This document shows positions 38,200-46,510 of a stretch of 46,510 nt of DNA, one piece after another; position 1 is the first letter of the stretch, and each line of letters opens with the position of its first letter. The DNA is from Bacteroidales bacterium (GTDB taxonomy: Bacteria > Bacteroidota > Bacteroidia > Bacteroidales > JAFGXI01), in contig JAMOQL010000136.1 of assembly GCA_027064025.1 (NCBI GenBank), positions 1 through 46,510 on the forward strand. The letters run 5' to 3'. The position numbers and the translations under genes are program-made. The notes under the pieces are model-generated. The model worked only from the letters and a program-made list of their open reading frames with translations, had not been told where the DNA came from and ran no database searches.

Positions 38200-38862
38200 T
38201 TACCTATTTTCCATCTCATCATATTTCTTCTGAATAGCCTCAAATCTTTCTTGTTGCTCCTCATTAAAGAATGGCTCTGCAGTAGCAATTTTAATAGTAA
38301 TAGCAGAGACAACAGCAACAGCTTTTATATTATCACCCATATTATTAAGATTCCCCTCGCTTAACTCTTTCAAGTTTGAGATATAAGAATCAACTGTAGT
38401 TTCATAAAGATCAATAGCTTTATCATAATCCTGATCTTCGATAAATATATCTAATTCCGCTATCGATTCATCATCAGTTTCCTCCGTGATTGCATCAGAA
38501 ATATCATTCAGATTTTCCTGTAAATCATCCATATTATTTTCATCCATATCCTGAACAGCATCACTAAAATCGTTTAGGTTTTCAACTAAATCAGAACTAG
38601 CTGAAGCTAAAACAGCATACTGCCAACCTGCTATTGCAGTTCCTAATATCGAAACAACTAAAGCTGCAATAATTAATCCTTTAGCTCCATTTCCTTTATT
38701 GGCTTGCATAAAAGCTACTGCACCTAATACGACAGCTATGATTCCAGGGAATAAAGCATACATTCCCAAACAAGGAATAAATGAGATTACTAAAGCTAAA
38801 ATACCTAATACTAAACTGGCAATACCCAAACCTTTACCGGCTTCTGTTACATTTTCACTCAT
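38200..38862 (-). CDS. DUF4190-like membrane protein with acidic helical C-terminal tail; start moved to ATG 38862
   Basis: GIASLVLGILAL...KGLIIAALVVSILG; D/E-rich tail; TATATTTG -7 box at 38904-38911 abuts the track start. Confidence 0.75.
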   Translation of the reverse strand: MSENVTEAGKGLGIASLVLGILALVISFIPCLGMYALFPGIIAVVLGAVAFMQANKGNGAKGLIIAALVVSILGTAIAGWQYAVLASASSDLVENLNDFSDAVQDMDENNMDDLQENLNDISDAITEETDDESIAELDIFIEDQDYDKAIDLYETTVDSYISNLKELSEGNLNNMGDNIKAVAVVSAITIKIATAEPFFNEEQQERFEAIQKKYDEMENR

Positions 38863-39104
38863 CTTTTTTGATTTAAAATTAATAATAGTTACATTTCTCA
38901 AAACAAATATAAAACAATGATTTATACAATACTATATGTATAAACATTTCAAATATCGATTTATTAACAACTTACTAAGAGCTTGACATTTAATTGATGT
39001 TAAGAAACTTCTTATAAAAAAAGCAACAATCGTCAAACCTTAGATTTTTCAAATAATAAATAAAGTTCCTTAATAAAAGGTTCTTTGCAGTTATCGAAGT
39101 AAAA

Positions 39105-39410
39105 TTATAGAGATGATGCAGCCACAGCTCCGGCAGCACTAAAAAATAAAAGTAAGAAAACAATACCTATTAAAGAAATTACTAAACCAGCTATTGCCAA
39201 ACCTTTTGGTTTTTTAGTCATTCCTACCGCTGATAATATTAAACCTAATAGCCACATTATCCATCCCAAAACAGGAATCCATCCCAAAAATAAAGAAAGT
39301 AATGCAAGTATAAAACCTGCTGTTCCAATTCCATTTGATTTCTTCTCTGTTTGTTGAACAATAATTGTTTGCTTCGATTCAGCCTCAACACTCTTTGTTT
39401 CTTCTGTCAT
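39105..39410 (-). CDS. Small DUF4190-like membrane protein
   Basis: SNGIGTAGFILAL...WIPVLG...KPKGLAIAGLVIS. Confidence 0.75.
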   Translation of the reverse strand: MTEETKSVEAESKQTIIVQQTEKKSNGIGTAGFILALLSLFLGWIPVLGWIMWLLGLILSAVGMTKKPKGLAIAGLVISLIGIVFLLLFFSAAGAVAASSL

Positions 39411-39633
39411 TTTAATAAAATTTATATTTATATAGTAATAGTTATTGATAAGTAAATATATGCTATTCCACTAAAAGAATACTTATTTACACAGGTGTGA
39501 GTTAACAATATAAATAATTACGATTAAATTGGTGTTGCTTTAATAAAGTAAAAGTAGTACCTCTTCATTTATCTTAAAAGCAAAAATTATGAACTAATCA
39601 AAAAAATAATATAATAAGAACTAATTCATATTG

Positions 39634-39670
39634 AAAAAAAAGAGCGACAAGTATCAGACTCGTCGCTCTT
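39634..39670 (-). terminator. Strong intrinsic terminator after the TPR lipoprotein gene
   Basis: Minus strand AAGAGCGACGAGT-CTGAT-ACTTGTCGCTCTT followed by a T run. Confidence 0.9.
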
Positions 39671-39687
39671 CAATAATAATTTAATAA

Positions 39688-41412
39688 TTACTCTACGATA
39701 GATTTAAATGTATCGTTAGCAAAATATTTTGCAAACTCCATATCTGTTTTAGCTGCAGTTTTCATTTCCGCATTCTTCTCAACAGCTGCTCTTAAGTTAT
39801 TTAATAACATATCAGAGTCGTCGTTTCTTGCACCAATTACAGCTTTAAGGTAATATCCATCTGCTGTAGCTTTATCATCTGAACAATCTATTGTTTTAGC
39901 TGCACCTGAATTATCCGCATTTAATACTTTTGCTAGAGCAGCATCAAAAGAACAATCATCTCCAAAAGAAGCAACAGCTCCTGCATAATCAGCCTTCTTT
40001 ATTAATACAATTCCCATATTGTAGCTAACTTCTTTTCCAGCACCAGCTGCAGAAGTAAGTAATTCTTCAGCTTTAGCAAAATTACCTTCTCTCAACTGAA
40101 CAGCTGCACAATTATTTAATACTATTGTATTTGTAGCATCTATTGATTTAGCTTTTTGTAATTCAGCTTTTGCATTTGTTAAATCGCCTTTTTCAATATA
40201 AACAACACCAGCATTATTAAAACCTCTCCAGTCATTTGCATAAATCTCACTAGCTTTTTTGTACACTGCTAATTTTTCGTCTTGACCTTCGAATAAAGTT
40301 GCAGCATATAATAACTCTTCAACATTTAATGAATCTGCTTTCTGAGCATAAATAGCTTTAATCTCTTCGTCTGAATATCCAATTAAATCAACATTAACAT
40401 TAATTTTAGAACGACGTAACTTAGGAAGAATGTCTTTTGCTAATTCTAGGTAAGTAGCAGAAATATTCTTAATTTCAGCTTCTCTTTGAACTGGGTCAGA
40501 CTGCATCGAAAGTACTCTTAAAATTAAATCTTTATCTTTTAATTCTGAAGCTTGAACTAATTCTTTAAATCCATTCCAATCTTCTGCAGTTGCTTGATAA
40601 GTCATAAAATTTTCATTATCCTTAGCTGCATCAACTTTTCTGAAGTCTCTGTTCATGAATTTTTCAGCACTTTTACCACGTTTCTCAGAAAGAGGAGCAT
40701 TTAAATCTTCAGCTCCATCTGGAGAAGCATAAGAAGAAATTGCAACACCTTTAAATTCTTTTCTTTCGTTAGCTTTAACTTCCTTAATATATTCTTTAAG
40801 AGCTTTCATCTGCTCTGTTCTTCCTTCAGAACTACGAACCTTAGACTGCTGTATGGTATAAAGAATTTCTGCATATTTAGTTTCAGGAATAATTCGTTGG
40901 AATTTATCTTTCCCAATAATCCCTTTAGAATCAAGCTTAACTAAATTTGGAGTAGAAATAACACCATCAGCTACTTTCATAGGTTCAAAATCCACTGCTT
41001 TATCTTCTTTCCCGGCAACATAACCTTTTATTCTAATCTCTAAATCAGACATTCTCATACCTTCTTCATAAGGCACTTTAGAAGTGTAATTAAAACTTCC
41101 ACCTTCTGCATTACTAATAACTTGGTTGTTATCTTCAACAGACTCACCTTGTAGTTTCTTAAGCTCATAAGCTTTTTCTCCACCGTCCCATTTAAGAACT
41201 GGCGTAGCTTCTACAATCACTTTTTTATTGAAATACTTTGGAGGAATCGTACCTGTAACAGATACTTCTACACTATCAGCATGTAACTCAAGAGGACTTG
41301 GCGTTACTGTATACTTAACATTCTGTGCATCTTTTTTCATTTTGTTTAAACCACCACAACTGACGATAAACAAAGCCAAAACGACTATCGATGCGAACTG
41401 AAACTTCTTCAT
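39688..41412 (-). CDS. Lipoprotein with degenerate OmpA-like domain and C-terminal TPRs; start moved to ATG 41412
   Basis: MKKFQFASIVVLALFIVS|C; SSYASPDG...LSEKRG...EDW...LPKLRRS; TPR-like NNAGVVY, YNMGIVL; TATTTTTG -7 box at 41456-41463. Confidence 0.85.
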   Translation of the reverse strand: MKKFQFASIVVLALFIVSCGGLNKMKKDAQNVKYTVTPSPLELHADSVEVSVTGTIPPKYFNKKVIVEATPVLKWDGGEKAYELKKLQGESVEDNNQVISNAEGGSFNYTSKVPYEEGMRMSDLEIRIKGYVAGKEDKAVDFEPMKVADGVISTPNLVKLDSKGIIGKDKFQRIIPETKYAEILYTIQQSKVRSSEGRTEQMKALKEYIKEVKANERKEFKGVAISSYASPDGAEDLNAPLSEKRGKSAEKFMNRDFRKVDAAKDNENFMTYQATAEDWNGFKELVQASELKDKDLILRVLSMQSDPVQREAEIKNISATYLELAKDILPKLRRSKINVNVDLIGYSDEEIKAIYAQKADSLNVEELLYAATLFEGQDEKLAVYKKASEIYANDWRGFNNAGVVYIEKGDLTNAKAELQKAKSIDATNTIVLNNCAAVQLREGNFAKAEELLTSAAGAGKEVSYNMGIVLIKKADYAGAVASFGDDCSFDAALAKVLNADNSGAAKTIDCSDDKATADGYYLKAVIGARNDDSDMLLNNLRAAVEKNAEMKTAAKTDMEFAKYFANDTFKSIVE

Positions 41413-41514
41413 AATAATTCTATTAATTTTCAATTATATACTTATATTTAAAATACAAAAATAATAATGTTTTGTAGATTTCAAACAATTAAGTCCAATA
41501 ATCCATTATTTTTC

Positions 41515-42264
41515 TTAAAAACTCTTTGCTATCTCAACGAAATCGTTAGCATTTAATGCTGCTCCACCTATTAATCCCCCATCGATATCTTCTTTCGAAA
41601 ATAATTCTTTGGCATTACTGGGTTTACAACTACCTCCATACAATATACTAAGATTTTCAGAAGTAGATAATTCATATTTATCGCCAACCATTTTCCGAAT
41701 AAATGCATGAACTTCTTGTGCCTGTACTGGCGATGCTGTTCTTCCTGTTCCTATTGCCCAAACAGGCTCATAGGCAATAACCAATTTAGAAAAATCTTCT
41801 TTAGAAAGACCAAAAACACCATCTTCTAATTGATTTTTGATAACATTAAAATAATTTCCAGATTCTCTTTCTTCAAGGTTTTCTCCAACACAATAAATGG
41901 GTATTAATCCAACTGATAATGCTTTTCTTATTTTCGCAAACAAAATAGAGTTAGTTTCTTCATAATAGCTTCTTCGTTCCGAATGACCAATAATTACATA
42001 TTCTACGTCTAAAGACTTAAGCATTTCTCCAGAGATTTCTCCCGTAAAAGCTCCAAAGTCTTCTTTTGCCATATTTTGAGCTGACAATTTTACTTGACTA
42101 TTTATTAACACTTTACTTATGGCACCTATATGCGTAAAAGGAGGTGCAATAATTAGATCGACATCTTTAGTATCGAACTTTTCCACAATTTCTTTAGCTA
42201 AACTAGCTCCCTCAGTTGGCAAAGTATTCATTTTCCAATTCCCTGCCACAATTTTTTTTCTCAT
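41515..42264 (-). CDS. tpiA: Triosephosphate isomerase
   Basis: AGNWKMN, GHSERR, AYEPVWAIGTG, LYGGS, DGGLIGGA. Confidence 0.98.
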   Translation of the reverse strand: MRKKIVAGNWKMNTLPTEGASLAKEIVEKFDTKDVDLIIAPPFTHIGAISKVLINSQVKLSAQNMAKEDFGAFTGEISGEMLKSLDVEYVIIGHSERRSYYEETNSILFAKIRKALSVGLIPIYCVGENLEERESGNYFNVIKNQLEDGVFGLSKEDFSKLVIAYEPVWAIGTGRTASPVQAQEVHAFIRKMVGDKYELSTSENLSILYGGSCKPSNAKELFSKEDIDGGLIGGAALNANDFVEIAKSF

Positions 42265-42295
42265 ATCTTAATTTTTTTTAATATATTAAACTTAA

Positions 42296-43741
42296 TTATT
42301 TTTTCCAAAATACGGGAGTAAATAATACTAAAACTGTAAATAATTCTAATCGGCCAATCATCATTAAAAATGACAAAAACCATTTTCCTAATTCTGGAAT
42401 CTGATGAAAATTATTCACAGGACCTACACCGGCAATACCTGGGCCAATATTCCCCAAAGTAGCTATTACAGCACCCATTGCTGTATCTAAATCTAAACCT
42501 AAAGAAGACATAATAATAGTACCTATTACAAACACAACAATATACACAACCATAAAAGCTTGAATATTTGCAATAATTTTAGGATCTACGGCATGTTTAT
42601 TTAAACGAACAGGAATAATGGCTTTAGGGTGCATCATTCTTTTAAATTCATAATAAGAATTTTTCAACAATAGCATCACTCTAATAACCTTGGGACCACC
42701 ACCTGTAGAACCTGCCGAACCACCAATAAACATCAACATAAAAAGGATTACTATCACAAATGGTGGCCAAAGCATATAATCTGCTGTAGCAAACCCTGTT
42801 GTTGTAATAATAGATACAACTTGAAAAAGAGAATCTCTAAATGCTTTTTCTACTCCAATATTTTGATTAATAACTAAAAAGAACGCTATTAATACCGTTG
42901 CAAACATTGTTCCCACAAAATACCACTTAAATTCTTCGTTTCTAATTATCTTTTTAAAATCTAATTTTAATGCAAAAAACGAAAGCGTAAAATTCATCCC
43001 TGCAAGAAACATAAATACACTAATTACATATTCGATATATGGAGAATGATAATAGGCAATACTTAATTGTTTGGTAGAATACCCTCCAGTTGCCATGGTT
43101 GTAAATGAATGATTTATTGCATCGAAAATAGACATTCCTCCAAAAACTAAAAAAATAGTTTCTAAGAGTGTTAGTAAAATATAAATTCCCCAAAGACGTT
43201 TGGCTGTACCTTTTATCCTAGGGTGTAATTTATCTGGAGTTGGACCAGGGACTTCTGCAACAAAAAGCTGCATTCCTCCGATACCTAAAATTGGTAATAT
43301 AGCTAATGCCATTACTATAATCCCCATACCTCCAAGCCATTGTGTAATACTCCTCCAAAAAAGCAAACCATGCGAAAGGGATTCTATATCGTTTAAAACA
43401 GAGGCTCCTGTTGTTGTAAAACCAGACATAGTTTCAAAAAACGCACCAGCATAATTAGGGATTGCACCACTTAAATAAAATGGCAATGCACCAAATAATG
43501 AAAAGATTAACCAAGTAAAACTCACAACTACGTAGCCTTCTCGCTTACCCAAACTCTTTTTACTATTCCTTACAAAAGGATAAATAAGCAGACTTATAGC
43601 CAGACCAATTGCAGCACTTAAAAAAAAGTAATAATAATCTTGCTCTCCATAAAAAATAGAAATAAAACCAGAAAGTGCAATGATTACACTTTCTACAGCA
43701 AGTAAACGTGTTAATATAAATAAGATTATTTTATTGTTCAT
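42296..43741 (-). CDS. trkH: TrkH-family potassium uptake protein
   Basis: SGFTTTG, TMATGGY, ITTTGF, GSTGGG, LGNIGPG, GRLE; TACATTTG -7 box at 43751-43758. Confidence 0.95.
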   Translation of the reverse strand: MNNKIILFILTRLLAVESVIIALSGFISIFYGEQDYYYFFLSAAIGLAISLLIYPFVRNSKKSLGKREGYVVVSFTWLIFSLFGALPFYLSGAIPNYAGAFFETMSGFTTTGASVLNDIESLSHGLLFWRSITQWLGGMGIIVMALAILPILGIGGMQLFVAEVPGPTPDKLHPRIKGTAKRLWGIYILLTLLETIFLVFGGMSIFDAINHSFTTMATGGYSTKQLSIAYYHSPYIEYVISVFMFLAGMNFTLSFFALKLDFKKIIRNEEFKWYFVGTMFATVLIAFFLVINQNIGVEKAFRDSLFQVVSIITTTGFATADYMLWPPFVIVILFMLMFIGGSAGSTGGGPKVIRVMLLLKNSYYEFKRMMHPKAIIPVRLNKHAVDPKIIANIQAFMVVYIVVFVIGTIIMSSLGLDLDTAMGAVIATLGNIGPGIAGVGPVNNFHQIPELGKWFLSFLMMIGRLELFTVLVLFTPVFWKK

Positions 43742-43783
43742 AGTAAGCTACAAATGTAATTAAAAAGTAGAGATGTGAAAATA

Positions 43784-44506
43784 TCAAATCCAAGCTTGCA
43801 TTTTATAATATAAGATAGCGGTATATTCTCTAAGCAAAATAATTTCGTATACTAAATGATTCCAAAATTGATACCTCAACTGATTGCTTTCTCCTATTTC
43901 GGGCATATAAGATTTACCTCCAAGTTGTTCTGAATTAAATATTAATTTTTGATTTAAATCTTTTTCAAAAGCCGCACAAGAAGTTACTTTTGAAAAGCCA
44001 AGCTTTTTAAAACTCTGTACTGACCTATATATATGCTCGGGAGAACTTACAATCAAGAGTGACTTATCTTTTCCCAACATCTTTTTAATATTCAAAGCTT
44101 GACCTCTTGTATTGGTTCCCTTATTTTCAAAAATCACTTCTGAACGAACACCTCTCATCCGTAATTCTTTTTCCATCTGCTTTAATGGGCTATTATTACT
44201 AATCAAGTTATCTGGCAAAGCAATAATTATTGGAACTAACGGATATTTTGATGAAATCTGAGCTGCATAATAAGTTCTAATTAATGCTGTCTGACTGGGC
44301 ATTCCCGAACCTCCCATTACAACAATTACATCAGGTTTAGAACTATGATTAGACTGAAAGATTCCTAATTGATAAATCCCCCAAAAAGGTAAAGTAGTAA
44401 AACTAATTATTAACATCAATAAAAAAAAAGCCCCTGATCCATAAAGGAAAACCTTAAAGCTATTTCTAGCAAGATTCCAAAGTTTTTCTTTTGATGAATT
44501 TAGCAT
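43784..44506 (-). CDS. YdcF/ElyC (DUF218) family membrane-anchored protein
   Basis: N-terminal TM, IVVMGG, ENKGTNTRGQA, VSSPEHIYRS, LREY. Confidence 0.85.
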   Translation of the reverse strand: MLNSSKEKLWNLARNSFKVFLYGSGAFFLLMLIISFTTLPFWGIYQLGIFQSNHSSKPDVIVVMGGSGMPSQTALIRTYYAAQISSKYPLVPIIIALPDNLISNNSPLKQMEKELRMRGVRSEVIFENKGTNTRGQALNIKKMLGKDKSLLIVSSPEHIYRSVQSFKKLGFSKVTSCAAFEKDLNQKLIFNSEQLGGKSYMPEIGESNQLRYQFWNHLVYEIILLREYTAILYYKMQAWI

Positions 44507-44513
44507 TGTTTTT

Positions 44514-45539
44514 TTACAAAGAATTTTTTATTAGATTTTTATATTCTTTTCTTTTTCTAAAAGTATCAATTGCCATATATAACGCATTTCGGAAAGATTC
44601 GGCAGAAGCCTTATTCTGCCCTGCTATTCCATATGCTGTGCCATGAGCAGGAGAAGTACGAATAACCGACATACCTGCAGTATAATTGACTCCAGAATCG
44701 AAAGACAATGCTTTAAAAGGTGCTAAACCTTGATCATGATACATTGCTAATATAGCATCATAATGTTTATAATCTCCAGAGCCAAACAAACCATCTGCAG
44801 GGAAAGGTCCCAAGGCCATAATTCCATTATTTCTTGCCTCATCTATAGCTGGAGTAATATACTCGATTTCTTCTTTTCCAATCAAACCATTATCTCCTGC
44901 ATGAGGATTTAACCCTAATACTGCAATTTTCGGTTTACGGATTCCAAAATCTTGCTTTAGAGTATCATTAATAATATTAATCTTTTTTAATACCGATTCC
45001 TTGGTAATTAAATTGGGGATATCTTTTACAGCAACATGACCTACAACAACACCAACTCTCAAGTCTCCACTAATTAAAAACATCAAAACATCTTCTGCCT
45101 CAAATTTTTCACGTAGATAGTCGGTATGTCCGGGAAACGAAAATTGCTCAGACTGAATATTGTCCTTGTTAATTGGTCCAGTAATTAAAGCATCAATTAC
45201 TCCTGCTTTTAAATCATCTGTAGCTTTTTCGAGTGCTACAAAAGATGCTTTACCTGCAATCTCTGTTGATTTTCCCAGCTCTACTTTTAATTCTTCTTCA
45301 AAACAATCGATAATATTAGTCCTTTTAGTGTGAACTTGGTCTACTGAACTAATATTGTTTAAACTGAAATTCTCAATATTTAATACCTTTCTATGATAAG
45401 CGGCTACTTTTGGTGAGCCATATATTATTGGCGTACACATTTCGAGTATTCTACTATCCATCAAAGTTTTTATAATCACCTCGTAACTAATGCTATTGAT
45501 ATCGCCTTGGCTAATTCCAATTTTTATTTTATCTGACAT
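44514..45539 (-). CDS. pdxA: 4-hydroxythreonine-4-phosphate dehydrogenase
   Basis: GPINK, FPGHT, LNPHAG, MYHDQG, RTSPAHGTA; TAACTTTG -7 box at 45562-45569. Confidence 0.96.
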   Translation of the reverse strand: MSDKIKIGISQGDINSISYEVIIKTLMDSRILEMCTPIIYGSPKVAAYHRKVLNIENFSLNNISSVDQVHTKRTNIIDCFEEELKVELGKSTEIAGKASFVALEKATDDLKAGVIDALITGPINKDNIQSEQFSFPGHTDYLREKFEAEDVLMFLISGDLRVGVVVGHVAVKDIPNLITKESVLKKINIINDTLKQDFGIRKPKIAVLGLNPHAGDNGLIGKEEIEYITPAIDEARNNGIMALGPFPADGLFGSGDYKHYDAILAMYHDQGLAPFKALSFDSGVNYTAGMSVIRTSPAHGTAYGIAGQNKASAESFRNALYMAIDTFRKRKEYKNLIKNSL

Positions 45540-45605
45540 CTTTATCTTTCTAAATTTTAAACAAAGTTAATACTCATCTTTTATTTTACTAACTTTTCCT
45601 TAATT

Positions 45606-46433
45606 TTATTTAACTAAATGCACATCCATCTGTGGAAATGCTATAACAATATCATGTTCCCTAAATAATCGATCTATTTCTAAGCGAATATCACTCTTAA
45701 TATTTTCGACTGTAAACGTATGACTAGTCCAAAACAACAGTTCAAATTCTAAAGAGGAGTCTCCAAAATTATTAAATCGAATAAAAGGTTCAGGAATATT
45801 TTCAACAAGTGCATTAACTTTGGATGCTTGTAACATTAAGACTTGTACTTTTTCTAAATCGGAGCCATAAGCAACACCAACTTTAACATTAAATCTTGTT
45901 TTCTTTTCTACATGAGTCCAATTGATAACCTTTTCGTTAACTAATTTAGAATTGGGCACAATAATCGTAATATTATTTCTATCTCTAATTTCAGAAACCC
46001 TAAGGTTAATACTAAGAACTTCGCCAACCATTCCATCACCAAGCTCTACAACATCACCAACTTTTAAAGTTCGTTCAAATAATAATAATAACCCAGAAGC
46101 AATATCATTAAATAAATTTTGCAAGCCAAAACCAAGACCTACAAACAAAGCAGCTGAACCTGCTACAAGAACTGTAATATTTACACCCATCGTTTGTAAA
46201 AGGATAATTATTACAATAATCCAAACTAAGTATTTGATTATTTGATATATTGAAGCCCCTGTTCCAATCTCAATTGTATTTCTTGCTTCAAGTTTTTTAA
46301 AAAAAGATTTTAACAATCTTAAAATTAAGACCGTAATAATTATAATTAATACTGAAACCAAAATATCATACACAGTTATTACAAACTTATCTGTGGACAA
46401 AATCGAATATTGTAAGAGTTCTTTTAATGTCAT
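45606..46433 (-). CDS. mscS: Small-conductance mechanosensitive channel
   Basis: VGLGFGLQNLFNDIASG, KVGDVVE, IVPNSKL, VGVAYGSD, FGDSSL, IAFPQ. Confidence 0.92.
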   Translation of the reverse strand: MTLKELLQYSILSTDKFVITVYDILVSVLIIIITVLILRLLKSFFKKLEARNTIEIGTGASIYQIIKYLVWIIVIIILLQTMGVNITVLVAGSAALFVGLGFGLQNLFNDIASGLLLLFERTLKVGDVVELGDGMVGEVLSINLRVSEIRDRNNITIIVPNSKLVNEKVINWTHVEKKTRFNVKVGVAYGSDLEKVQVLMLQASKVNALVENIPEPFIRFNNFGDSSLEFELLFWTSHTFTVENIKSDIRLEIDRLFREHDIVIAFPQMDVHLVK

Positions 46434-46510
46434 TTTCTTTCTAATTATTATTCAAAGTTAAATAATAAATAAAGACTTTATTAGATTAATAAGATAGAAA
46501 TTGGTTTTTT

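Noticed and set aside
27853-39500. ACAC...GTGT mini-palindromes upstream of porP (about 27856) and of the 39410 gene (about 39489) as a shared operator
   Set aside because: Different spacer lengths and only 4-5 bp arms; too weak to call
2103-46245. Many short ORFs in the track that are antisense to or nested in larger genes (e.g. 2103-2510, 4936-5151, 8198-8449, 9877-10236, 12104-12361, 34922-35170, 43200-43454, 45922-46245)
   Set aside because: They overlap well-supported genes and have no recognisable motifs; typical shadow ORFs
1-46510. A/T homopolymers of 7-9 nt as phase-variation sites
   Set aside because: Frequent throughout this AT-rich window, including in housekeeping genes
1-46510. 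CRISPR arrays, IS elements, invertible promoters, riboswitches, recoding
   Set aside because: No regularly spaced repeats, transposase or recombinase ORFs, recognisable aptamer motifs or interrupted genes were seen by eye; a covariance-model search would be needed to exclude RNA elements

Overview
AT-rich (roughly 30% GC by eye) chromosomal segment of a Bacteroidota bacterium, probably a free-living Bacteroidales-type lineage. The assignment rests on TAnnTTTG -7 promoter boxes, no obvious Shine-Dalgarno sites, type IX secretion (T9SS) sorting domains and Gln after many signal peptides. It holds about 43 CDS, mostly on the minus strand, and one tRNA-Ser(GGA). Core genes include lipA, rsmE, exbB/exbD/exbD, ansA, tatD, kbl, a phosphohexomutase, rluD, ugd, uxs, tpiA, trkH, pdxA and mscS. 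They are mixed with many envelope and T9SS genes. No transposase, integrase, prophage or CRISPR array is visible. The best candidate system is a porP - porE-like - giant PKD adhesin (type B CTD) cassette. It has an ECF-sigma-like promoter, a G9 homopolymer inside the adhesin gene (possible phase-variation switch) and O-glycosylation sequons confined to the C-terminal two-thirds of the adhesin. Also notable: a rhodanese fused to a T9SS sorting signal, an unannotated 42-aa Cys/His lipoprotein next to a beta-barrel gene, and a DUF4190-like x2 / DUF2752-like / barrel cluster. Functional calls come from motif recognition only; no searches were run.
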